A stretch of DNA of 49,391 nucleotides from Paraspadella gotoi (Eukaryota > Animalia > Chaetognatha), in the NCBI GenBank assembly GCA_051294375.1, contig CM119270.1:525073-574463 (forward strand). The letters are read 5' to 3'. This document shows positions 1-12,080 of this stretch, one piece after another (positions within the stretch are counted from its first letter, which is position 1; every line of letters starts with the position of its first letter). The position numbers were made by a program, and so were the translations under genes. Under the pieces are notes generated by a model. It made no database searches, was not told the DNA's origin, and was given only the letters and a program-made list of their open reading frames with translations.

Positions 1-1349
1 ATTCATCGACCAGAAGAATTTTTGGTTTTTCGTTCACAACGAAATATGTCGGTCTGTCGCCTCGAGGACAGTCGGCCGTTGTCCCTAATCGGTCGACTGT
101 CGGTCGACTGTCGGCCGACATTAATTGTTGTTTTCTTTCGCCGCGAGTCTGATGTCATTTTGCTAGAGGGTCGCCGTTTTTAAAGTCTTTGTATATATGT
201 AATGTATACATAAATTCCGAAAATCCAGACTTTGAATACTAAAACAATATATATACATACAATATAATATATATATATATCATTAAATTGTTTTAGTAAT
301 CAAAATCTTGATTTTTAATACTGTTAATACTGTTTTTGGTATTAATTTAAAAAAATCTTGATTTTTCGAATTTTTCATATTCATATTCATATTCATATCA
401 ATAGTCATGTTCATATTCATAAAGACTTTATATTTATGTTCTTAACATTAAGACACTAAGGATTTTCTTTTTTAATATTCAAAAGTCTTAATATTCACCG
501 TTTTAACATGGAGTTGATATACATGATCTTAATATTCACGGACTTAACTAAAATAATCTGAATATTAAAAATATTCTGAATATTAAAACTAATCTTAATA
601 TTAAAAATAATCTTAATAAAAACTTTGCTCGGTTTTGTTCACACACTTTCCCTTTTTAGTTAACATTTCTTTATATATTAATTTCCTTAATTTAAAACTC
701 TTATTTCCGTCCATAAATAATAAATCAAATCAAGATGGCGTCCACTGCTTTTCCGATCTCAATATTTCCCTTTAAATTTTCTTCTCATTTCGATTCGTGA
801 TAAAAAAAATATATATCTATTGGTTGTACCAATTTCATACATACATATATTTCTTTCTCTTTTTTTTGGTTCATTTTTTTTAATTTCCCATTATCTTTCT
901 TTTCTTTTCGTCTTTTTTTTTATCTTTCTTTTTCTTTCCTTTCTTTCTCTATCTACTTTTCAGTAAAAAAATGTTTCTCTGAATTTCCTCTTTTGAGTTT
1001 TGACTTTGGAGATAAAACAGAAATTCCGTCGTCGTTAGAGAGAGAGAGAGAGAGAGAGAGAGANNNNNNNNNNNNNNNNNNNNNNNNNNNNNNNNNNNNN
1101 NNNNNNNNNNNNNNNNNNNNNNNNNNNNNNNNNNNNNNNNNNNNNNNNNNNNNNNNNNNNNNNNNNNNNNNNNNNNNNNNNNNNNNNNNNNNNNNNNNNN
1201 NNNNNNNNNNNNNNNNNNNNNNNNNNNNNNNNNNNNNNNNNNNNNNNNNNNNNNNNNNNNNNNNNNNNNNNNNNNNNNNNNNNNNNNNNNNNNNNNNNNN
1301 NNNNNNNNNNNNNNNNNNNNNNNNNNNNNNNNNNNNNNNNNNNNNNNNN

Positions 1350-2941
1350 CTTACTCTTAAAGAGCGAATCATTTCGAGATAAAATCTCCATTTGCGACGA
1401 CAAATCCCAGAGAAGACGACGACGACGACGACGACGATAAAGACGACGAAAACGATACGAACGACGACGACGAAGACGAACGACGGTGATAAAAACGACG
1501 AACGACGACGACGACGACGACAACTTTCCGATATAAATGGATGTGAAATGTTTCGTTTCGTTTAATCGAAGATGAAACGATTTAGTTCAAAGGAAAAAAA
1601 TATCGTCATCTTCATCGTCGTCGTTCGTCCTCAGTCGTCGTGTCGTCTCGTCGTTCGTACGTTCGGTCGTTCGTCGTTGGTGTCAATCCTTTGTCGCGTT
1701 CGTACGTTCGTCGTTCGTCCTTCGTCGTTGAGGTCGTCATCTTTTGGTCGTGAGATATCTTCGTAATTCAGTTACGTTCGGTCACGTTATCGTCGTTCGT
1801 GCGTTCGTCGTAATCGTCGTTCATTCGTTCGGATCTTGGTCGTCATCTATGTCGGCCGTTCGTTCGTTCGAGCGTTCGTCGTTCGTAAATACGACATCTT
1901 TGTCCGCGTATCGTACGTCACTATTGTCGTCGATCGTGCGTTCATATGCGTCTCGTCGTCCATCTTTGATCGTCGTTTCGTCGTTCGTCGTTCGCGTTAC
2001 GTCGTCAAAACTTTGTCGTCGAGTTCCGGTAACCGTTCGTCGTATGTCGTCATCTTTGTCGTCGTCGTCGTCGTCGTTTTTCGTTGTCGTTCGCGCAGAA
2101 TTTCGGGTCAACGCGTTTAACTGTATCGCATGCTGCGATGCCGTTTAATGCCGTGAAATACAGTGGCACGTATCATGATAGAAATTCAATATACTGAGGA
2201 GAAAAATGAAAAAAAGAAAAATTCAATTTCAAAAATCAGAGAAGAGGATGATTATTACAAACAGATATTACAAAACAAACAAATATAAAAGACCGAGCCG
2301 ACCACATAGACAATTGAATTGAACAGGCAATGAGACACGAGAAAAAGAGCAAACGGATCAAGAATATAAAGCAAATTGCTTTTATTCTTCTACAATGAAA
2401 TCTTCTTCGTCGCTCAATGATGATTTGATCTCAGTTTTTCCGCTCATGAAAAGCAATCGTTGATAAGCAGGTCCGAAGACGCACGACGGACGACGACGAC
2501 GACGACGCCAAATGGCGATGAACGATGACAGAAATGATCGATCAAAGTGAAAAATAAAGGAGAATAATTACGACGAAGAAATAAACAAAACAGAGAAAAG
2601 AGAAGAGAGACGAATGTTGGGAAATGTCTTGAACGAAGGACTACAACAACAACAACAAATGCAACAAACGGACAACAACAGACAAATGTAACAATGATCA
2701 ATCAACAACAAAATGCAACACACCGAACAACAAAACGAAATGCAACAACGACAACAACAACAATGGTATACAACGACAACAACAAGGAAATAATTAATAG
2801 GATAAAGGCGATAAAAAAAAAAATTCAAAATAATTATGAGACCAGTGGCGACTTATACAACACAACAACAACAAACAACAACAACAACAACGACGAAATG
2901 CGCATTGACAGAGCTGTAGGTAAAAATTAGCTCGGGGAGCG

Positions 2942-3002
<61 letters not shown>

Positions 3003-3851
3003 CAAGGACAGGAATCATTAAGGCGAAGTTGTATACAAGGGTTAATCAACGAGGGCGGGTTAATCGAAGGCGAATACGAGTGGGATGGAGCGAGGAAGGG
3101 GGAGGGGGGACTAAGGTGGGTTTCTGTGGGGGAGAGAGAGTGGTTTGTCGGTGGGATACGTGGGTAAGAGTGTTGTGGTCGAGTTGAGGGTGGAGACGAA
3201 CGAATGTTAAAGAGCAAGATTGAGACGGAAAGAAAGTGAGGAACGAAAATAGGTGGAGAAGAATAAACAATGAGGAGGAAATTTAGAGAACAAGGGATAC
3301 AGACAGGAAAGCAAGGAAGAGGAATAAAGGAAAAAACCATGGAGGGAGAATGAAAAGAAGAAAAAGGACACAGGAACCAAAAGAAAGCGAAGCAAGAAGG
3401 AGAAACAATGGAGGAAAGGAAAGAAGGAAAGGAAAAGGAGGAAAACAACTGGAGGATAGGCAAAGCAGAAAGGAAACAGGAGGAGAAAAATAGAGCTTGA
3501 AAGGAAAATAGAAAGAGAAAAAAGGAAAATGGGGAAAGGCAAAGGAAAAACTTAAATTAACGTTAGGATTAAAAAAAAATAAAATCCAATTTTTTTTACA
3601 AATTTGGGGAAATTTGGGACATAAGGAAAAATTTTTGGTTTTAAAAAGAACCTCAGTATTAGAATGTTTTAAACGCAACATAGGTTAGACTAAAAAGAAA
3701 AGGAAAAAGAAAAAGAAAAAAATATGAACTTAAATGCAACAGAAGATTTTATATAAAAATATTAGATTTTCAAGATTCTTGGAAACAGAATCTGTTAGAA
3801 AGATGCTCAACCAAAAGATGACAGCGTGAAGATTGAGAGAGAGAGAGAGAA

Positions 3852-3900
<49 letters not shown>

Positions 3901-4224
3901 TAGGAGAAGAGAGAGAGAAGAGAGAAAACCTACATGTTTCCAGTCGCCCAAGTTTATCAATCTCCACGCAAGATTGAAGAGTTCTAAACTCTAACTACTT
4001 TTTAAGTTAAACAAGAAACTTACCAAGAACAATTTTCCTTAAAAGTTTTAGTCCTAACCACAATCTGAAATATAAAAACCTGAGAAAAATGTTTTAATTG
4101 GAAAAATTAAAAGTCATTTTTTTTGTTTTTTTTGGTTTTTTTTTTTACATAAACCAATATCAATGGAAATTTTTGACTAAATTGAGTTGCGATGATTTGA
4201 AGAGAAGGAAAGAAAGAAGGAAGG

Positions 4225-4265
<41 letters not shown>

Positions 4266-4357
4266 AGGAGAGAGAGAGAGAGATGGTAAGCGTGAAGAGG
4301 AGAGTGGATACGGAATTACAACAGCACCAATGGGAAGTAAAGCTCTCTCGGTGATTG

Positions 4358-4392
<35 letters not shown>

Positions 4393-5472
4393 CTCCTCCT
4401 CTCTGGTTTCACCGTTTTTCTTTTTTTTTTCCATCGTTGGGGAAGTGTTGTTCGTTCTGCAAAAAACCGGTTACTTCCAACTATTTCTTGTCCTCTCGTC
4501 TCTCTTTCTCTCTCTCTCTCTCTTCTCGGTCTGTCTCTTCTCTCTCTTCGACGAAACCATATACCCTAAAGACTTCGGGTAATGACCTTACTCTTAAACT
4601 GATGCAGAATCATTTCGAGATAAAATCTCCATTTTGCGACGACCAATCCCCAGATGAAAGAGACGACGAACGTAAACGACGACGACGATACAATAAGACG
4701 ACGACAAACGATGACAGAACGGACTGGACGACGAAGGACGATAACGACGGATGTGTAACAAACTGAACGAAAAGCGAACGGACGCCACGACAGACGACGA
4801 AACTTATCCGATATAATGGATGTGTGGAAATGTTTCGTTTCGTTTTAACGAAGATTGAAACGATTTAGTTCAAGATAGGAAAAGAAATATCGTTGATCAT
4901 CTTCATCGTCGTCGTTCGTCCTCGTTCTGTCAGTTCGTCGTCTCTCGTCGACGTTCGTCGTTCGTCGGCTTGGTTTGTCATCCTTTGTCGCGTTTCGTCG
5001 TTCGTTCGTTCGTCCTTCGTCAGTCTGAGTCGTCATCTTGGTTGGATCTCGTATTCGTTACTTCGTCACTTCGTCGTTCGTGCGTTCGTCGTTCGTTTAT
5101 CGTTCGGCTGTCGTTCTATGCGCCGTTCGTTCTTAGCTTCTGTTCGTAAACGACATCTTGTCCCGTCGCGTCACTTGTCTCGTTGCGTTCTATGCTTCGT
5201 TATCTTGTCGTCTTTCGTCGTTCGTCTTCGCTTACGTCGTCAACTGTCTGTCGGTAACCGTTCGTCGTTGTCGTATCTGATCGTCGTCGCGTTCGCGTGG
5301 CCGAACGCAATTCGGAGAGAGGGTTACTGATGTGTTAACCGCTGTATGTATCGCATGCTGCGGCAGATGCCGATTAATGCCGCGCCGGTGTGAAATACAG
5401 GGGCACGTATATGATTAGAATCAATGATATTGAGGAGAAAAAATTAAAAAAAGGAAAAATTCATTTCAAAAA
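1350..5472 (+). repeat. Direct duplication: 1350-2238 and 4588-5472
   Basis: Both begin CTTACTCTTAAA..GAATCATTTCGAGATAAAATCTCCATTT and stay colinear through CGT-rich sequence to GTGAAATACAG.GGCACGTAT; differences are mostly indels. Confidence 0.85.
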
Positions 5473-8400
5473 TTACAAATTTGAAAAAATTTATTCTAAA
5501 AATTCAATATGATTTAGATCCAACCCAAATGAAAAAAACAATTTTTTTTCAATCACATTTAACATTATGAAAAAAAAATTAATTTACTTGTATATTTTAA
5601 ATAAAAAATTCACCTTTTTTTATTATTTAAAATATTAAGTAAATTTTGAATTCAACGAAGTCTTGAAATATTTTTTTTTTTTGCCGCTCAAAGGTGACCT
5701 CAGCCAATTCGCGTGTCTTCGAAAAACGATTCGGAAAAGCCTTCCCCGCATTATTAAGAGATAAAAAAAATATTACACTTACCACCTATTTAATAAATAT
5801 TAATATGTGAATATTAAACTCGGAAAGTTCTCGTGCTACGGAAAATGCAAATTACATACTCAAAATCTTTTTTTAAACTTGATATAACAAATAAATATTT
5901 TTTTTTTTCAGTTCGATAAAATAAGCGATCCATATATTTTTTTTCTTTCTTGTTTTTTCGTTTTAAAGTCACGTGACCTATTTCGTGATAAGAGAAAATT
6001 TTGAAAAAATCTTTTTTTATTTTAAATTTAAAATTTTAAAAAAATTTGATTCTTTCACATAATACTAAATAAAGAAAAACAAACTAATAAAAAAACTGTA
6101 AAACTACGAATATTTATTATTTGTTTTAATCTTATTAAAATTTTATTTAACTACCCAGTTTTTTTTAAGTAAGATATTGGAGCTCTGAATTTTTTTCTCT
6201 ATCTCTATCTCTCCTCCTATCTCTCTCTCTCTCTCTCTCTCGTCTCTCTCTCTCTCTCTCTCTCTACTCTCTCTCTCCTCTCCTTTCCTCGAAGTTTTCT
6301 TGTCAAAATTGAAAAATTGATTAAGTTTTTTCTTAATTGTGGTTGGAAACTCGGAAAAGCGGCCGACTCCGTCCGCGGCAGCCGCTAGTGTACGTTGAAC
6401 TCCACTGACAGGTTCGCAAAGCCGACGCTACCTGCCCCGAACACGTCGGAAAAACATAGGCGGGGGAAAAAGCGGAACAAGACAATGAGAAAAAAAAGAA
6501 GAGGAAAAACGAAGATTAGAAAAACGAAAAAGGAGAATAAAAGGGGAGAACATGGGAAAAGAGAAGAATGAAAGATGCCCAGAATCATGGGCAGGGCAGA
6601 AAAGAGGAAAAAGAATGAAAAAAAAAGAAGAAGAAAAGGAAGGTGGAGAAAAAAACCACTACGAAAAAAAAAAAAAAAAGGAAAAAAAAAAACAAGAAAA
6701 AAAAAAAAACAAACAACAAAAGAAAGAAAAAGGTGGACTGGGGAAAAGGGAGAAGAAATGAAATAAAACATGCAAAAAAGAACACGAAGAAACGACACCG
6801 AACCACCCAGTACAAAAAAAAAGAAAAAAAAAAAAAAACCAACAAACAGAACATCGATAAATATAAGAATGATAAAAATAGGACTGGAAAAAAACTCGTG
6901 GAGCGAAAAATTGGAGAAATTGATAAAAGGAGAACAATTTAATAAAAACAGTGAGGGGGAGAAAATTAATTTTAAGTGAAAATAAAATGAATTAAAGAAA
7001 TGGAGAAAAATTTAATTTAAGAATACAAAAACGATTCAACGTTTTAATTAGTAATTACATTGTCTTTATTTGTAGGTTTATATTTAAAGATAGATAAATT
7101 TTTAATTATCCATTGAATTCCTCCCCAGAAGAAAAACGAATCACTGTCGATATTAACTTATTTTTAAACTAAACTTTTTTTCAACCCTACGGTCGAAAAG
7201 AAAAACAGGATCATGTAAAATATCCTTTGAAAAAAATTGAGTTGAACCTAAAAACAGGCTTGCTCCCGTTTTAAACGTTTAACACTGCTCAGATTCTCTC
7301 TCTCTTTACTCACACTGTGTGTTCAATCCTCTCCGCTCTCTGTCTCTCTCTCTCCTCTAGCCTTCTCTCCTCTCTCTCTTCATTGACAGTTCAGCTAACT
7401 CTTATGCCATTAAGAACTGATTTCAAAATTTGTACCCCTCATACCGCTATCTGATGTTTTATTAGATGCAGCAGACATGATCCCCTTACAGGCAATATGT
7501 ACCGCGACTCCTTTTTCCTAACAGAATAGCTATCCGGTATATTCGTTTAATAAGTTAGTTTATGACATTATTGAATCGTATTCGTTTTAATCGTATTCAA
7601 ACCAATATATCTCGACTAGAACTACTTCTTGGTCGTTAGGGCTAAATACTAGGAAGGACGCGAATCTTGTGGTTCATTGTCATGGAGAGGTTTCATGAAG
7701 TCTTGTCAACGGCCGATCTGCTAGTTTGAGACATGCGATGCACAGTTTAATAAGTCAATTACCAATGTGTTAAATATTCCTAGAGAAACTAGGGTAGCTT
7801 TTAAAGGCCCTCCCAAGGTGCCTAAAGCGCAAGTAATTAAATTGTCTATTGTTAATTGTCTCTCTTCTGCTCTTCTTTCTCTCTCTCTTCTCTCATCTCC
7901 TCTCTCTCTCCTCTCTCTCTCTCTATCTTCTCTCATCTTCTCTCTCTCTCTCTTTCTTCTCTCTGCTCTTCTCTANNNNNNNNNNNNNNNNNNNNNNNNN
8001 ATTACACAAATTTGAAAAATTTATTTCAATAAAATTCAATATGATTTGATTATCCAACACCAAATGAAAAAAACAACATTTTTTTTCAATCACATTACAT
8101 TATGAAAAAAAAATTAATTTACTACTGTAAATATTTTAAATAAAAAATCACTTTTTTTATTATTATAAAATATTAAGTAAATTTTGAAATTCAAGAGTCT
8201 TAAAAAATTTTTTTTTTTTTTTGCGCTCTCAAGGTGACCTCGCCAATTCGCGTGTCTGAAAAACAGTTCGGAAGCCTTCCCGCATTTATTAACGAGAAAA
8301 AAAAATATACACTTACCTTATTAATAAATATTAATATGTGAATATTAAACATCGGAAAGTTCTCCGTGCTACGGAAAAATGCAAATTACATACATATCAA

Positions 8401-9875
8401 AAATCTTTTTTTAAAACTTGATTCCATCAAATAAATATTTTTTTTTTCAGTTCGATAAAATAGAGATCCATATTTTTTTCTTTCTTTGTTGTTCGTTTTA
8501 AAAGTCACGTGACCTATTTCGTGAAAGAAAATTTTATGAAAAAATCTTTTTTTTTTTAAATTTAAAATTTTAAAAAATTTGATTCTTTCACATAATAAAT
8601 AAAGAAAACAAACTAATAAAAAACTGTAAAACTAGAATATTTAATTATTTGTTTAATCTTATTAAAAAATTTTATTAACTGACCCCAGTTTTTTTTAAGT
8701 AAGATATTGGGAAGCTCTGAAATTTTTTTTCTTCCTAATCTCTCTCTATCTCTCTCTCTCATCTCATCTCTACTCTCTCTCTCTCTCTATCTCCATCTCT
8801 TCTCTCTCATCCCTCCCTTTGCCTCGAAATACGTTCTTTTTGTCAAAATTGAAAAATTGATAAGTTTTTTCCTTAATTGTGGTTGGAACTCGGAAAAGCG
8901 GCGGCGAAAATGGGAAAGAAAGGAAATTTGAGAAAAGGAGAAAATTAAATAATTAAAAAGGAGGAAGAAAATAAAATAAGGACAAATAAAAATGAAATTA
9001 AGAAATGAGAAAATATAATTTAAAAAATACAAAAACATTCAAACGTTTTTAATATTAGTAATTTACATTGTTTATTTATTTTGTAGTTTATTTAAAGATA
9101 GATAATATTTAAAAATTACCATTGAATTCCCTCCCAGAAGAAAAAGTGATAAACTTTTTTTAAACTAAACTTTTTTCAACGTCCGAAAAATGAAAAAAAA
9201 TCAAGAAATCAATGGAATTTATCCTTAAAACAGTGTGCCATTGAAAATAACCCATTCCATCCCGTTTTAAAATTCACTGTGCAAATTTCCTGCTCATCTC
9301 TCTCTCTCTCTCTCTCTCACGTCTCCCTTCAAATCTCTCATCGTCATCACGTCTCCTCCGACGATCCGGGCCCTAGCCACTACACTTTCGACTCTATCAT
9401 CAATCCCATCCCGCTTCCCACCTGTCCTTTCGATCGCAGTTCTCGTCCTCGTGCTGCTTGACAAGCTATTCAGTACTTTGCCATATAGAAACTTTTTCAA
9501 GAACTTCACGCGAGCAGCCCGTCGTCCTCTCCCATACCACCATTCTGATGTTTTATTAGATGTGCAGCAGACATGATCCCCTTTACATGCAACTATGTAC
9601 GGGAGGGCGCGACTTACTTTTCTTAACAGAATGCGTATCATGCTCGGTAGTATAAATTACTGCGTTTATAAATTTGTTGAAATGACATTATTGAATCGTA
9701 TTTCCTTTTAATCGTAATTCAAACCAATATATCTCCGATATGAGAAACCTACTTCTGGGTATGGGAAAATACTAGGAAAGGAGCGAATTCTGTGTTCATT
9801 TGTCAATGACTGGGGAGAGGTATTTCAAATTAAAGTTGTTGTTCAGCACCGACTGTAGTTAGAAGTTGCGATGGG
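5473..9875 (+). repeat. Direct duplication: 5473-7745 and 8001-9875 across a 25-N gap
   Basis: Colinear anchors, e.g. AAGGTGACCTC, GTCACGTGACCTATTTCGTGA, GCAGCAGACATGATCCCC; the first copy has an extra A-rich block at ~6363-6960. Confidence 0.85.
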
Positions 9876-10367
9876 TGTCTCTCTCACAACTCTCTCACTC
9901 TCTCTCTTTCAACGAACGCACGGTAGAGAACAAGAGCTCAATCAAAGAATTGCAACGCAGTAGCGTTTGATCGCAGTTGCACGAGAAATAGAAAAGTGTT
10001 GCGTCGTCTAAATTTGGTGCCATCGATGCAGTTCGGTGCCATTTGATGCCATTGGATCACATTTGTGCCATTTTACACCATTCAAAGGCATAGTACTTAA
10101 TTCTTCATGATATTTTACTTCATGCTCTAATATTCTAACAAAAGTTGTCATTATATTGTTTCAAATATTGTTTGTTAATCTCTCAATATCTCTGAAACCA
10201 TTAATGTATGAATTTATAATTTATCACCACTCGATATGATGCCATGGAATTCCCATTCATATGTACATCAATGCTCGTAAATAAGTGCTATTTTGCTTTT
10301 CTTTCAATACCGCTGGGTATTTACTGATGCCATCTAATGTCATTTTTTTTCATCTAATCACCACCCA

Positions 10368-10422
10368 ACGCCACTCGATGCCACTCGATGCCACTCGATG
10401 CCAGTCGATGCGACTGGATGCA
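10368..10422. repeat. 10-bp tandem repeat (GCCACTCGAT)n, with degenerate relatives at ~10012-10083
   Basis: Visible, about 5 units. Confidence 0.75.
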
Positions 10423-10918
10423 ATTTATCCTCAAGAAAACGACGCCGCTTCTCACAGTTTTCTTTTCTTTTCTTTTTTTTTCTTTTCTTTTTTTGAGAGA
10501 AAGAGAGAGAGAGAAGAGAGAGAGAAGCGCACGAGAGACGAGGGAGAGAGAGGAGCGAAGATAGAGAGAGAGAGAGAGAAGAGGATCGACGAAAAGCAGA
10601 GAGAGAGATGCGAGGCAGGGAGGGAGATGGGACGAGGGAAGATTTGGTGGTTGTGTGGCGTGGGTGGACGGAAAGAGGAGGAGGAGAGAGGAGAGGAAGA
10701 GGAAGGAGGACGGAAGATGGATGAACTTGTGAGATCTTCAGCGCAACTCGCCCCCAAATTCTCTCTCTCTCTCTCTCTCCTCTCTCATCTCTCTCTCTCT
10801 CTCTCTCTCTCTCTTCAGTACCGAATTCTCTCTACTCCTCTCTCTCTCATCACTCTTACTTGGCGCCTAGGCAAGACCGGTCGTTGGCCCATGGGACGAG
10901 CGACGAAGAAAAAAAAAA

Positions 10919-10980
<62 letters not shown>

Positions 10981-11107
10981 ACACACGCCATTTTCATTTC
11001 ACCGGCGCCAATCTTTCTTAACGGGCCCCCGTCGTCGTTGTGTGTCGTCGTCGTCGTCATCGTCGTTTGTCGTCGTCGTTTTCGCTTTAAAGTTCTGAGT
11101 CATTTAC

Positions 11108-11317
11108 GTTTGGTCGTCGTTGAATTTTTCGATGCTGCAGTATTAAGTATCGCAAAGCAGCAGTATTTTGAATCCTGCGAGGCAGATACTTCAGTTTGCT
11201 GAACTTGAAATGTCGTAATATTCATGCATCTACCGTGATGATTTGTAATGAATTTCTTGACAGGAAGAACATCAGTGGTATTGTGGTTCGCAAAACAATT
11301 GCTCCGTCAGCTTCTAC
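11108..11317 (-). CDS. Candidate internal exon of an extracellular glycoprotein (one in-frame TGA near its 5' end)
   Basis: 210-nt AG..GT-bounded, phase 1-1 complex island: RS*RSNCFANHNTTDVLPVKKFITNHHGRCMNITTFQVQQTEVSASQDSKYCCFAILNTAASKNSTTTK; three N-x-T sequons. The acceptor is weak. Confidence 0.33.
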
Positions 11318-11657
11318 CTTTTAATCGTCGTCGGTCCGTCCGTCGTCGTCGTAGTTCTTTTTTGTTGTTGTTGTCATTTTTGTTCGATGTCCTCAACAGG
11401 ATTGGTGAGTCGCTTTATTGTTGCTTAACAAAAAAAAGAAGAAAAAAAGAAGAAAAAACCAGAAAAGCCAAGAGAGGCAAACCATTTGGTCTCTCAGATC
11501 CCATCTAGGTAGGGTGGGCGCTTGCGCTCGCACTGACCCTGCGATGATAGGAAAGTGATTGACTAGTAAAGAAAAAAGAAGAAGAAGAATTCGACTTAGA
11601 AGAGAGAAAGAGAAACATCTAGTGACATTTCTCTTCTTTTTTCGTTGTGATTGCGTA

Positions 11658-11909
11658 TCTGGAAGACGTTTTATACATGTTTTCTACACACGACTTTATT
11701 TGTAACAAACGTACATGTTACGGCTTACATACAAGCCTTTTTTCAGCGTTAACAATTATTTGTGACATTTTTGTAAATTTAAATTCAGACAACATATTCT
11801 GTTAACGCTGAAGATACAGGCGGGAAGTAGCTTGTGTGTAAAGCAGAAACATGTACGTTTTCTACAAATAAAGTCGTTGTAAGAAAAACATTAAAAACGG
11901 TCTTCCAGA
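11658..11909. mobile_element. Palindromic MITE-like / foldback element
   Basis: ~100-bp imperfect inverted arms: TCTGGAAGAC..CGACTTTATTTGTA..AAACGTACATGTT..TTCAGCGTTAACA versus TGTTAACGCTGAA..AACATGTACGTTT..TACAAATAAAGTCG..GTCTTCCAGA; no clear TSD. Confidence 0.7.
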
Positions 11910-11974
11910 GAAAGAGAACAAAAAAGAGTAAAGAAGAGAAAGGGAGAGTAAGGTAAATAGAGATAGATATGAAA

Positions 11975-12080
11975 TGAATAAGAATAGAATGAATAGAATA
12001 GAATAGAATAGAATAGAATAGAATACGAATAGAAATAAAATAGCAAATAGAATAGAACAGAAATTTCAGAAGAAACGAAT
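11975..12080. repeat. (AATAG)n microsatellite running into a gap
   Basis: Visible. Confidence 0.85.

Noticed and set aside
9294-9641. SH3-like reading (KGD...EWWYG)
   Set aside because: The WWYG segment is not reproduced in the duplicate copy at ~7440, so it probably arises from indel noise.
10285-11202. 305-aa plus-strand ORF
   Set aside because: A patchwork of simple repeats; its only complex part reads better as a minus-strand exon.
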